This document shows, piece by piece, positions 37,612 through 49,912 of a stretch of 64,000 nt of DNA. Both the position numbers and the translations under genes were made by a program. The DNA comes from Gavia stellata (Eukaryota). Position 1 is the first letter of the stretch, and each line of letters starts with the position of its first letter. The notes under the pieces are model-generated. The model was given only the letters and a program-made list of their open reading frames with translations, made no database searches and was not told the DNA's origin. The stretch covers positions 269,172 to 333,171 of the forward strand of contig NC_082627.1 in NCBI RefSeq assembly GCF_030936135.1, written 5' to 3'.

Positions 37612-38161
37612 TTTCACTCTTAGATTTTAGTGAGAGAGGTTCATCTCAGGTCTTTTCAGAGACAAGAACTCATCTCCTGAAGGTCTGTCCAGACACAGAG
37701 AGCAGGGAGACATGCTTTTGATCCAAATTATTCATTTTCACATGTCTGATGGGTGAAGTCTATCAGAAAGAAGACAGATTTCTATCTGTCAGTGAATCAG
37801 GGACATTCATGCACCTATGGGGCATTTCACCAAGGCAGAGAAGTTGCTATTTGTCCATATATCACAAGCTTTCAGGGTACTGAAAGGAGGCATTATGCAA
37901 ACAATCACAACACCATCTCAAAGAGTTTTCAAAGTGTCTGAAGAGGACGATGATTAAAGGTGGAAGAGTGGAGATTAGAGGGTGATCTCCCCAAGATACC
38001 TAGTTTTCCTGAAAAGTCTTTTACAGTTTCTGAATGACATCTGTCTAGTTCCCTGTTCCTGACCTTGATGCTCTGTTGCATGGATTTATGGCAGTTTACA
38101 AATGAAACCAAGGGCCACTCTGAAGCCAACCCAGTAATGTTTCCAAATCCCCTGCAAGCCT

Positions 38162-38441
38162 GAGAAGGGAAGGGAAGGGAAGGGAAGGGAAGGGAAGGGA
38201 AGGGAAGGGAAGGGAAGGGAAGGGAAGGGAAGGGAAGGGAAGGGAAGGGAAGGGAAGGGAAGGGAAGGGAAGGGAAGGGAAGGGAAGGGAGGGGAGGGGA
38301 GGGGAGGGGAAGCGAAGGGAAGGGAAGGGAAGGGAAGGGAAGGGAAGGGAAGAGAAGAGAAGAGAAGAGAAGAGAAGAGAAGAGAAGAGAAGAGAAGAGA
38401 AGAGAAGAGAAGAGAAGAGAAGAGAAGAGAAGAGAAGATAA
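38162..38441. repeat. Compound all-purine microsatellite (GGGAA)n - GGGGA - (GAGAA)n, about 280 bp
   Basis: Direct reading. The plus strand is 100% purine over the tract (agggaagggaag... then agagaagagaag...). Confidence 0.95.
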
Positions 38442-38918
38442 TATTTCAGTTGGAAGGGACCTACAAAGATCATCTAATCCAACTGCTTGACCAATTCAGG
38501 GCTATGCTCTCATTGTCTGGGAAACTGAGCCTTCCCTTTTGCATTTCCCATTTCCCAGAGCACAAAGACTTCTCGCAGATCACACTTGAAGGATACAAGC
38601 CATTAGCTAGCAGCTCGGCGATAGCAGGTAGCTTCTTATGAATAACAGACTCAACTGAAAGGTTTTTTAAAATCTCAGTTGAATGTGGAGAAGACATGTT
38701 CTCTTCCAGGCAGAGAGAACTGAGGATGCTGGCTGGGTCTCTGCAGCTATCGCTAACTGCCTTCGAGAAGTGGTCTTCAACTCTAATGAATCAATAATGA
38801 GAGCAGCTGGTTAGAAAACATGTCATAAAAGCATTCACATTAGCCAAGTGAAAAACACAAGATGTTTTTTTCAAGAGAACCCTTGATTTCACAGAGACAT
38901 GCAGTCTTAAGAGCGTGA

Positions 38919-38940
38919 TTTTTTTTTTTTTTTTTTTTTT
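38919..38940. repeat. Poly(T) run of about 22 nt
   Basis: Direct reading. Confidence 0.9.
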
Positions 38941-41279
38941 ACTTTTTTCCTACTATTCCTGCCTATTTCTGTAAGTCCTATCTTTGAAGTTCTCCTAGAG
39001 GTGCCATTCAAAATCCCCAAGATAAAACTAGGGTTTATGTGAGGGAAAAATGACCATGATCTGTTTCTTGATCTCCCAATTTAAGCATGCAAACGCGTAC
39101 GAAAAGGAAATACTTTTATTTCCCTAAGTGCTGTCAGAGACTTGCATTTATTGTACACAAATTTTTAACTGAAAGCAACCGTTTATAGGAAGGTTTTTCA
39201 TAATCAGCATTGCCTGCTTGTTTAAAACTCCCCCCAAACCTACAGCATATTCTTTTTAATGCCCAGATATGTTAGTATTTCACAAGATCACACAGAGTGC
39301 ACGGGTTTGACTAGCTTTGCTTGTGGGAAACTGCCGGAGTACTCCTTACACAGTCACTGTCTTACCAGCAGCATTTCTCCAAGCTAAATAAAACCTGCTC
39401 CTCTGAGCCCAGCCAAGCCACACAGATGCCGGCAGCTGCTTTTGGCAGTGGTTGTGCTGCCATGGTGTCTCAGCACTTCAAAGCATGCCAAAAGGGATTT
39501 ACCATTGTCAGAAGCCACAATGCAGGAACGCACTCCTCAGTCCATGATGCTGCAGGAGACAGTAGTTAGCTCTTTTCCTCTCTGTCATTTCCCTGGAAAA
39601 CAGCTGGATGGGGTTCTCCGGACAGGTCTCCTCCACTCGTGTTCCCACCTGGTTATAAGTCAGTTAGTGAGCGATCCCAGGAGAGAAGACAGCAATGCTA
39701 GTGCTACCAGTGCTCCTCCCCAGACACCCACAGCACATCCAAAGCTGTTAATGAAACAGCGATGGAAAGACTGTCAGAATAATGGGCATTTGCATGATTA
39801 GCAGGGTCTGAGCAACTTCAGGAATATGACTTTCGAAAATAGAGAGATTGAGAAATGAGATTTAGCTGCTCAGAGGAAAAATACTAAGCTTGTGAGAGAG
39901 AAAAAAAAGGGAAGGAGGGAGCAGAAAATTCACAAATTCGGTCTGTGTTTAGCTTTAGTTTGCATCAACAGAAAAGGCTGCTCCACAACACCTCCTCCCT
40001 GGGTCTCCACCTTGGCTGTGCTCCACATTAGCTCCAAGGTGGAGGTGGCCTTGAGAACTCAAACTCCAGTTGCTCATACTGTCTGTGCTCAGGTTCACAT
40101 CCGAATAGTGCCTAGAGAGAAAGCTCAGGTTGGAGATTCATGGGAAGGTAAGAAGGCCTGTGTCCTGTCACTCCACTGCAGATATCCATGTTTGTACAGA
40201 TTAATACGGCCCCAATGCCTAAAAAATGGATGACTGAATCTGATCAAGGCAGCCTTCGGTGGCTTTATAGCCAATAACTCAAAAAACCTTTCCAGAGGGG
40301 AGCATGTCCTGCCCTTGTTCATGCAATCCTTGATTGCTTACTCTGAAACCTTACACATAATCCAACAGCCTCTGTCTTTTAAGGATACCCAACAAAGTCA
40401 GGATCAGGACCACTTATGGTCAAATAGTCAGAAAGGCTACAGAGAGTCAATGCTGTGAGTTGGAGCAATCACGGACAAATCCAGGCACTGCAGGGTGATT
40501 TCCATCTGTGAGAGCTGTAGGATCATAAATACAGGGAAAGATTAGGGTGAGTAGAGCTACTCCAATAAGTCATGGCATGAGAAGTGTCCCATCTGCAGCC
40601 TGGATATCTTGGTAAGCAAGATCCTGTTTGCATCAACAGAGAAACAGTCAATATAGTCTATGAGACTGAAAGACGCTTGATCTGACCCAAGAGTCTGACC
40701 TGGGTGACACACAGCGGTGCCTACAGTGCTGCCAGGCCTTGAACCAGCACTGACAAGGTGATGACAGGATGCTCACGTGTCTGTCCCGGTTGTGCTACCT
40801 CTAGATCCAGTTTTGTTTTTTCTGATGCTGTTACCACAGTAGGCTTGCCCTTATGATAGCATGATATTACAGATTTGGTTACATTGGTGCTGTTGGCTAT
40901 GCAGGATGCGTTAAAGTAAGGGTTAGGTATGAGCTAATTAGGGTTAGGATTGGAGTCTGGATTAGAGTTTCTAAGGCGTTCATCATCCTCTTCCGCATCT
41001 TCCTAGGCATATATTGTTTTTGTGCAATATTTGATTCCCCATTGATTAAGGATGGAACTGTTGGACTCTGTTTCCTTGCTGTACCAATGTGCCAGCTGTT
41101 CTTCTCAAACCAGTGCTCACAAATCTCTATGTGAGCTATTCACCAAACCCTGTTGACCGTTGACTCCAGCTCTTCTTTACATGGAACCGAAGAACTTTAT
41201 AGTCCAGGCACAGATTTTTATTGTCTTCTTTTTTCATGTTTCCCTTTAAAGGGATGCTGTTAATACCTCACTTGAAATT

Positions 41280-42572
41280 ATGCATTATAGGGTGAACTTT
41301 TTTCAGAAAGCGAATAAAGTGGTTGAGCTGTTGGTACTAAACCTGATTAACCTGATCTCCTTCTACGACAAAGTGACCTGCTTAGTGGATGAGGCAAAGG
41401 CTGTGGGTGTTGTTTACCCAGACTTTAGTAAAGCCTTTGACACCGTTTCCCACAGCATTCTGCTGGAGAAACTGGCTGCTCATGGCTTGAACGGGCACAC
41501 GCCTCGCTCGGTAAAATACTGGCTGGGTGGCCGAGCCCAAAGGGTTGTGGTGAATGGACTTAACTCCAGTTGGCGGCTGGTCACAAATGGTGTTCCCCGG
41601 GGCTCAGTACTGGGGCCAGTTCTCTTTAATATCTTTATCAGTGATCTGGACGAGGGGGTCGAGTGCACCCTCAGTAAGTTTGCACACGACACCAAGTTGG
41701 GCGGGAGTGTTGATCTGCTTGAGGGTCGGAAGGCTCTGCAGAGGGATCTGGACAGGCTGGACGGATGGGCCCAGGCCAATTGTATGAGGTTCAACAAGGC
41801 CAAGTGCCGGGTCCTGCACTTGGGTCACAACAACCCCATGCAACGCTACAGGCTTGGGGACGAGTGGCTGGAAAGCTGCCTGGCAGAAAAGGACCTGGGG
41901 GTGTTGATTGACAGCCGGCTGAATATGAGCCAGCAGTGTGCCCAAGTGGCCAAGAAGGCCAAGGACATCCTGGCTTGTTTCAGAAACAGTGTGGCCAGCA
42001 GGACTAGGGCAGCAATTGTACCCTTGTACTCGGCACTGGTGAGGCTGCACCTCAAATCAAGTGTTCAGTTTTGGGCCCCTCACTATGAGAAAGACATTGA
42101 GGTGCTGGAGCCTGTCCAGAGAAGAGCATGAAGCTGGTGGAAGGATCTAGAGAGCAAGTCCTACGAGGAGCGGCTGAGTGAACTGGGGTTGTTTAGTCCG
42201 GAGGCTCAGGGGAGGCTCAGGGGAGACCTCATTGGTCTCTACAACTACCTCAAAGGAGGTTGTAGTGAGGTGGGTGTTGGTCTCTTTTCCCAGTTAACAA
42301 ATGATAGGACAAGAGGAAACGGCCTCAAGTTGTGCCAGGGGATGTTTAGATTGGACATTAGGAAATACTTCTTCATGGAAAGGGTTATCAAGCACTGGAA
42401 CAGGCTGCCCAGGGAAGTGGTTGAGTCACCATCCCTGAAGGTATTTAAAAGAAATGTAGATGTGGCACTTAGGGACATGGCTTAGCGGTGGACTTGGCAG
42501 TGTTAGGTTAATGGTTAGATTCAATGATCTTAAAGGTCTTTTCCAACCTAAATGATTCTGTGATTCTATGAA
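41280..42572 (+). mobile_element. CR1 LINE, 5'-truncated, with RT domain through the 3' UTR
   Basis: ORFs 41280..42131 and 42189..42485 read [13 protein letters not shown]...[79 protein letters not shown]...[34 protein letters not shown] ... [31 protein letters not shown]. The 3' UTR ends in gattctgtgattctatg octamers at about 42572. Confidence 0.92.
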
Positions 42573-45500
42573 TAAGGTTAATCCAGATGAATCCCATCTT
42601 GAGTTTGCAGGACACTCAAACAGGCACAAGGTTATGTCATCCTTAATTAATCCACAGTCTAAAGTAGAGTTGTCTAGATACAGGTGAAGACTTTGATATG
42701 AAGAACATGCAATGCTTTCAGGCCCTGAGTCGGAGCAAGTCTAATTCCTCAACCAAAGCGGTCAGTACTTTTTTAGAAAGTTCACAAAATACTTATTTTA
42801 AGGCAAAAAAAACCCAAACCCAAAACCCCCCTTGCCACCTTTCAGATTTGAAGGGCCTCTGGCAGCACTAAATCTGAGTCTAAAGAACTCCAGGCAGACC
42901 TTCAGTCCCTTAATGCACAACACTGCAGGATATGAGACGTGCAGGATCATGCCACAGGGAGAACCCTCTCCCAAGCTGTGATGCGATCATCCCCTTATGT
43001 CAGACTCTGGGACCTGAAAATGAATCACAAACATCAGCTGTGTCTCCATCACAAGGGTGGCACATGAGGTGCTGAGACCACACGGGACACGGGGCCAGAC
43101 CCAGTCTGAGCCAGCACCGTGCAATCCCCCAAACACAGAATGACCCAAAATCTCAGCTACTCTTTTAGTTTTGATTCTCTAGTGAGAGCAGAGCGCTGGG
43201 CAATTCCCTAGGACACTTCACCCTATTCAAACTGTGCTTCTAAATGGATGGATTGAGTAATACTCATCTGATTTTTTTCAGAAGCATGCACATGAAGTAT
43301 CAGGACTCCTCCTGTGTTTCCTCTGAAACCCGACAAGAAATGTTGAAGGAAACAGAGAAGAACTACTCATCAAGAGCTATGTCATTACCTAGGGCAAAGG
43401 GAAACCAAACCACTGGGCATCAGCTTCTTGTAGTATTGGAGGATTTTCCAATTGTTCCTTCTTTTGAGTCTGATCTCTAGACTCTGTTGCAAGAGGCAGA
43501 GTAAAAAATCATCTTTCAGGTTTTCCTGAAAAAAATAAAAGCAGTAAAAGATATGCCTTCTCAATTTTGTTTGGGTTTTTTTGGTTTCCTTTCTATCTGC
43601 ACATGAAAATGACATCACCCAGCCTAGTACTGATAGCTACACTTCCAGCTGAGCATCGTTTGCTGTCACTTTAAAAGCACTCCACAAAGAACCACAAACT
43701 TCTCCACCATAATTTGCCTGAGCTTTTTAGACTTGTACCTTCATGAAAAGATAACTAAGTCCTCGAATATCAAGATAGGAGAGATGACGCATCAGGTGTC
43801 CAATCCCAAAGCACTTTTCTGGTCTTCTTTTGACTGCTAGTTTCTGAGAGATTGGGAAATGACACCTCTAAAGCGTAGCAGCAGCGTGAAGAAGGAAAGA
43901 GTTGACTTATTAATCCAAAGGGAGTTATTCTCCTCTGGGGCATGTGGGCATGATGGAAGGCAGCCTTTGTGGAAGGTCTCACTCTCCCTGGCTTTGTCAG
44001 TATTAGCCCAGTTATGTGGATGGCTCTGGTATGTGCATTAAAGCTTCAGAAATTCAGGTCCCAGTGATCCCAGAATCACATCTCCTTGGTGACCCAGTGA
44101 GTATCAGCCATCACCTACTTTCACAAGCCGCTCTCCTGAGCTCGGTGTAATCCTTCCTTAGCTACTCTCATGGGGTTCAGTCACATCCAGCCTCTTGGGG
44201 CTGTTTCGTCTTCTGTTAAGTATGTTCTTTCTCATACTTCAAACCCCAACATGAACATCTGCTTAGTGGCTGAGAGAGCTAAATGTGAAAATGAGCTCCA
44301 GCACGGAGCCAGCATGATGAAGCAGGTAAGTTCAAAGTTCAAAGAAGACAGAATGACCCTGTGATTAGTAAAATGTTGGGTAGGATTTGGTTTGAACATG
44401 TGCAATGTATAGATATAATGGAGTAATTTCTGTTTCCTTTGTAGCCACTGGAGGACGTCTCTAAAAGTTGGATTTCTTAGACTCATCCCTCCGTACTTTT
44501 CTGAAACAAATGGACATTTCCATTGGAGAAAACCATGCTCTTGGAGATACTCTCCGCTAGAAGGGGTTATTTGTGCTGTAAAGCTGTGGAAGCAGAATAA
44601 AATCTCCTGGCTGAAATGTTGGATAGCTCAAGTATTAGGAATACAAGGGTGTATCATGCACAGACAAACATTTTTCATTTGCAGAAAGAACAAGACCGTT
44701 CATGGGTTATTCACTTGCGTTCGCACTCAGAAAGAGCATGGAGAGAAATCTCATGATTGAGAAGAATGCATGGGAAGGTAAAAAAGGACCTTGTCATGTC
44801 ACTATGCTGTTTGCCTGAGAAATGGATGACTGAGTCGGACCAGGGTAGCCTTACACCACGTTATAGCCAACAGCACAGAGAACCCCTTCCAGAGGAGGTA
44901 ATTTCCAGCAAGATGATTTTCTCCAATGGAAGTGTCCATTTGTTCAGCTCATTCAGCCTGGAGAATAGAATGGCCTTGGAGTCACATGCTGAGGAGTCTT
45001 TTTTTATAATTTTTATATTTGATTTTTATTAAATTCAAAATAATGAATTTGATTTGCGATTGAGATGAATATGTTTCTCGGTGTTAAATAGAGCCACCCA
45101 AAAAGACAGGGGAGGGTGACCTAGCAGACAGTTGCCTCACACAGCAGATAGCAACCTGTCCAAGGCCGGTGAGATAAATCTGACTGGGATGGTGGGGTTT
45201 CCTCCTGGGGTCCCAGAGAGAAATGTCAGGGCTCTGTCAGGTGTGTGCATCTGAGCTGGCCTCGTGCACTCCTCATGCACCCAGGGGTGATGAGAGACAG
45301 GAGTCCTTCCCCTGCACATGCAAAGGCAGTACACTGCAGCAATTGTAGTATCTCTCTGGCTTCCTGCTGCCATTCCCAGAGGGTGGGAGGCAGTTCAGCC
45401 CTGCGGTATATCACCCTGCAGTGTATCACCCTGCTCTGCACTCGTCTCAGGTACCCCACGGCACAAGGAATGGACACGGGGTCCTAGATGCAAAGCAGCA

Positions 45501-46032
45501 CATTCCCGTGGTGGTTACCTGGGGGATGTTTCTTGCAAACTGCAGGGGCCTTGAGAAACCATCTGCCCCACATGTCTTCAGGGCACCCCGAGGAACAGCT
45601 GATGGCACTTCTGTTCACTCAAGTTCATCTCATTGCACACATGAGATGTGCAAGCAAAGTCTGTGATGCAAGAAGAAACTTCTGACCTAGCCTTTCGGTG
45701 TCGCTCTGTGGAGGGACAAACCACCTCTCTGAGCCGGGGCGAGCGGCCAGTGCTGGCACAAGGGGCTGTTCTGTGACAGTTGCCCTGGGGCAGCTTCCCC
45801 AGGGTGTCCAGGGAACCGACCAGGTCCTGCTCTGCCGGTCCTCATGTGTCTGCCAGGAGGCCTGTGACACACGGCTGTGTGTCCCCATCCTGCACACTCA
45901 CACAGTTGACCTCTACACTGGTGTTTTCCTCTCCTGAACACTTTCCAGCCCAACCCCTCCCCAGATCTGGCCCCCACCCCTGCCCTTACCCCAGCTCAGC
46001 CCAGCAGAGCAGCCCAGTCTCGGCTGGCCCCC

Positions 46033-46652
46033 TGTCGTGGTTTAAGCCCAGCTGGCAACTAAGCACCACACAGCCGCTCACTCACTCCCCCCAGGTGGGG
46101 TGGGGGAGAGAACCAGAAGAGTAAAAGTGAGAAAACTCGTGGGCTGAGATAAAAACAGTTTAATAAGTAGAGCAAAAAACACCGCGCGGAGAAGCAAAGC
46201 AAAAGAAGGAATTCATTCACCACTTCCCGTCGGCAGGCAGGTGTTCAGCTATCTGCAGGGAAGCAGGGCTCTATCACGCGTAGCGGTTGCTCGGGAAGAC
46301 AAACGCCATTACTCCGAATGTCCCCACCTTCCTTCTTCCTCCCCCAGCTTTATATACTGAGCATGATGTCATATGGTATGGAATATCCCTTTGGTCAGTT
46401 GGGGTCAGCTGTCCCGGCTGTGTCCCCTCGCAACTTCTTGTGCACCCCCAGCCTCCTCACTGGTGGGGTGGTGTGAGGAGCAGAAAAGGCCTTGGTGCTG
46501 TGTGAGCCCTGCTCAGCAGTAACTAAAACATCCCTGCTTTATCAACACTGTTTCCAGCCCAAATCCAAAACACAGCCCCATTCAGTCCAAAACACAGCCC
46601 CATACTAGCTGCTATGAAGAAAGTTAACCCCATCCCAGCCAAAACCAGCACA
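46033..46652 (+). mobile_element. LTR-like dispersed repeat, copy 2, flanked by a 6-bp TSD GGCCCC
   Basis: 620 bp with TG...CA termini. GGCCCC lies immediately before TGTCGTGG and immediately after ...CAGCACA. Confidence 0.8.
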
Positions 46653-47319
46653 GGCCCCAGAGGGATCCCCCTGTGCTGTGTATGTCCCAGCTGATGCCCA
46701 GAGAGGAGCACATATGTATTTCACCGATCATTGCGGCAGGGGGGCAACGGGGGCCAAGAAACTCTGCTCGGGACAGCGCATGACTAAACAACACTGGTGC
46801 CCAGGCACTACAGTGGATGATCCTCAGCACGGCTTTGTCAACTGTCCTGGGCACATCAGAGGTCTCGCTGCGACAGACACCTGGAGGGAGGATGCTGCCT
46901 TTCAGGCCCCAGCTCCAGGGAGTGCCTCTCCCTGGGACTCAGGGGATGGCGGCCTCTGGTCTGGGAACTGAGGAGCAGGTGAAGGTGTGTGAGGAGGGGA
47001 GCAGTCAGTGCAGCATCGAGAATGGCAAAGAGGAGAGAGACAGGGTCCTTGCGGAGACCCCGCAGAGGAGAGATCCCGGTCACTTTGGAGCAAGGAAGTA
47101 GGGACAGCAGGAGACCACCCCAACGGAGCACTGACTGGAGAGTTCCTGCCCAGGGGGAGGCTGGGGACTTGTGCTGCTGGAGGAAGGCTCCTTCTAAGCT
47201 GCAGATCTGCAGCTGCAGAGCAGGGACTCTGCTCTGGCAAGAGGTGAAGGAGCAAGCAGGGCTGGGGCAGGCTGGAAGAAGGTGGACGGGCTCTGCCAAA
47301 ATCTAAGGGAGAAAATCAT

Positions 47320-47392
47320 TGCTGAAGCCTGGGGTTGAACCAGGGACCTTTAGATCTTCAGTCTAACGCTCTCCCAGCTGAGCTACTTCAGC
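47320..47392 (-). tRNA. tRNA-Phe (anticodon GAA), 73 nt
   Basis: The minus strand reads GCTGAAGTAGCTCAGCTGGGAGAGCGTTAGACTGAAGATCTAAAGGTCCCTGGTTCAACCCCAGGCTTCAGCA. It folds as a full cloverleaf: 7-bp Watson-Crick acceptor stem, D-arm, anticodon loop CTGAAGA, T-arm CCTGG/TTCAACC/CCAGG. The body is near-identical to the canonical vertebrate tRNA-Phe, with compensatory acceptor-stem changes. A TTTT Pol III terminator follows 5 nt downstream (GCA|ATGATTTTCTCC). Confidence 0.85.
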
Positions 47393-48429
47393 CCTGCCCC
47401 AGCAGCCCTTCTCCCTCTGCCACCCATGCCAGGCCACAGGCTGACACACAGGAGGAGCGCTCCTCGGGAGGCTTCCCAGGGAAAAGCTGTGCCCAGCCCC
47501 AGGCAGAGGGGACCTGGCCTCTCCCTGCCTCCAAGGCCAGGTGGGCTCCAGGTTTGGTGGAGGTCAGCTTACACTGGGTGTGCCAAGATGTCTGAGGGCC
47601 TTGCACAACCGTGACAGTGGCAAAGGCAAGTGGGCAGATTGGGCATGTGCAATTGCAAAGGCTGAGGGTGAAAGAAGCGTGGGGCTGGTGGAAGACCTTG
47701 TCTCCTTCCCCATGGAAGGTGTCCTCCCACCCTTTTCTTCCCAGCTCAACTTACCTCCTTCGTTCCCAACTCTTCTACCTCCTCCTCCCTGAGCAGTGCA
47801 GGGGGATGGGGAGTAGGGGTTCCAGTCAGTCCATAACCATTGCTCTCTGCAGCTCCTTCCTTCTGACACTTCTCCCATGGGGTCCCTCTTACCGCTACAG
47901 TCCTTTGAGACAAACCTGCTCCAGCATGGGCTCTCCTCAAGCCACCATTCTTCCAGGAAATAGCCAACATCTCCAGTGTTGGGTCCTCCACAGACTGCAG
48001 GGCTTACCTTCTCCACTGTGGTCTTCTCCAGGGGCTGCAGGAGACTATCTGCTCTGGCACCTGGAGCACCTCTTCTCCCTCCTTCTTCACCAGCCTTGGT
48101 GTTTGCAGGGCTGGTTCTCACACTTTTTTTCCCTCACTCCTCTCCCACTCTGGCTGTTGTGTCCTTTCTTAAATATGCTTTCACAGAGGTTCCACCAGCT
48201 TCATTGACGGGCTCAGTTTTGGCCAGCGGTGGGTCCGTCTTGGAGCTGGCTGGAACCAGCTCTGTCTGGGACGGAGGCAGCCCCTGGTCTTTTCTCACAG
48301 AGGCCAGCCCTGCAGCCCCCCTGCTACCACAACTTGGACATGGACACCAATGCACAGTGTAAATCCTTGCCTTGCTGAATGACGTCCCCTCCTCTTCCCT
48401 GGTCAACAAATGCAATTGCCTCACTGGGG

Positions 48430-48600
48430 AGGAAGAGAGAGAACCGAGAAGGCCTTGATGCTGTGCAAACATGGTTCAGCAATAGCTACAACACTGGTAT
48501 GTTGTCAACATTGTTTCGGTCCCAAATCCCAGACACAGCACCGTACAGGCTGCTATGAAGAACATTAACTCCATCGCAGCCAAAACCTGTACTGTGTGCC
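48430..48600 (+). mobile_element. Partial copy (3' portion) of the LTR-like repeat
   Basis: gaaggccttgatgctgtgcaaaca...gttgtcaacattgtttcggtcccaaatcc...gctgctatgaagaacattaactcc is similar to the 3' 170 bp of the full copies. Confidence 0.6.
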
Positions 48601-49589
48601 CGGAAATATTTTCCAGGATGAGCTGCTCAATCCTCTCTCTCTTCCCAGGGTGAGAGGTGAGGCTGACTGGCCTCTAGTTCCCTGGGTCCTCCTTCTTGCC
48701 TTTCTGGAAGATAGGAGGGACATGTGATTCCTTCCAGTCTTCAGAGGACTGTATTGTGTGCACACCTCAACTGAGGCAAGAGGAATCCCACCACCTGTGG
48801 GTTTGGGGCAGGCATGGGAGGGAGCTGAGTCCCTGTGATGGATGCGCTCCACTCCCTGACCAAACCGGTGTGGTTTGGTTCAGGCTCGAAAGGGGATAAA
48901 GGCCGAGGTGTAGCCGGGCCAAGAACCTCTCTAGTTCCAATCTGATCTCTGGAAACGCACACAGGAACAGAGAGACACAGTGACCGCTGAGGCATATGGG
49001 CTTGAAAACTGGAACAGCGACCATGCGATTAACACGTGAAGAGCAGGTGGTTCCTCCAAGACTCATTTATCAAGGAACAAAGTAAGTTGTGGGGACAAGG
49101 AGTCTCATGCTTGCCTTTTCCACTGCATGTTATTTGACTACGAGCCTACTACTTTATCCTGTAAATATGACAGCCTAAGTGAGCCTTCTTTGAGCTCTCC
49201 CTGCTAGGCAGCATGGCTGCATGGCAGCGATCTCCCCTTGAGCGGGGACACCTCTCATGGTTACTCCTCGAGGTTGAGAGACCTCTTAGCAAATTCAGAT
49301 CTTTGATAAGTGACTGATATCGCGCAAAACCTTAGTGCACTAAGATTTGGTATTGGTAGCTTTGAATCATTGTTATATCCTTTGTGCAGTAAGCAATAGA
49401 GTGAGCCTGGCCATCAAACATGTTACGTTTCAAGAAAACCACTTTTGCCAATACCTTTGGCAGTGGTTCTTTAAGTGGTCTAAATTGCCCATCCACGACA
49501 AATTGGTGTAGTCAGCAGGATTCTGAATGAGGATCCGCGACAGGAGACCTTATTGCAGCCATGCAATATATAAAGGAGGCTTATGAGAA

Positions 49590-49912
49590 GATGGAGAGAG
49601 ACATTGTTCCAGGGCCTGTAGTGATAGGACAAGGGGCAACGGTCTTAAAGTAAAAGAGGGTAGATTTAGATTGGACAAGAGATTTTTGATGGTGACAGTG
49701 GTGAGACACTGGAACATATTGCCCAGAGAAATTGTGGATGCCCCATCCCTGGGGGTGTTCAAGGTCAGGTTGGATGGGGATTTGAGGAACCTGTTCGAGG
49801 GGAAGGTGTCCCTGTCCATGGCAGGGGGGTTGGACTAGATGATCTTTAAAGGTTCCTTTCCAACCAAAACCATTCTATGCTTCTATCAGTCTATCATTCT
49901 ATGACTCTATAC
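49590..49912 (+). mobile_element. CR1 LINE 3' fragment
   Basis: The plus strand reads ...[19 protein letters not shown]...[30 protein letters not shown]... then ggactagatgatctttaaaggttcctttccaacc and attctatg-type octamers. Confidence 0.8.

Noticed and set aside
31100-38450. Tandem repeat arrays as possible CRISPR loci
   Set aside because: The sequence is vertebrate (CR1 LINEs, OR genes, spliceosomal splice sites). The repeats are contiguous with no unique spacers, so they are satellites or microsatellites, not CRISPR.
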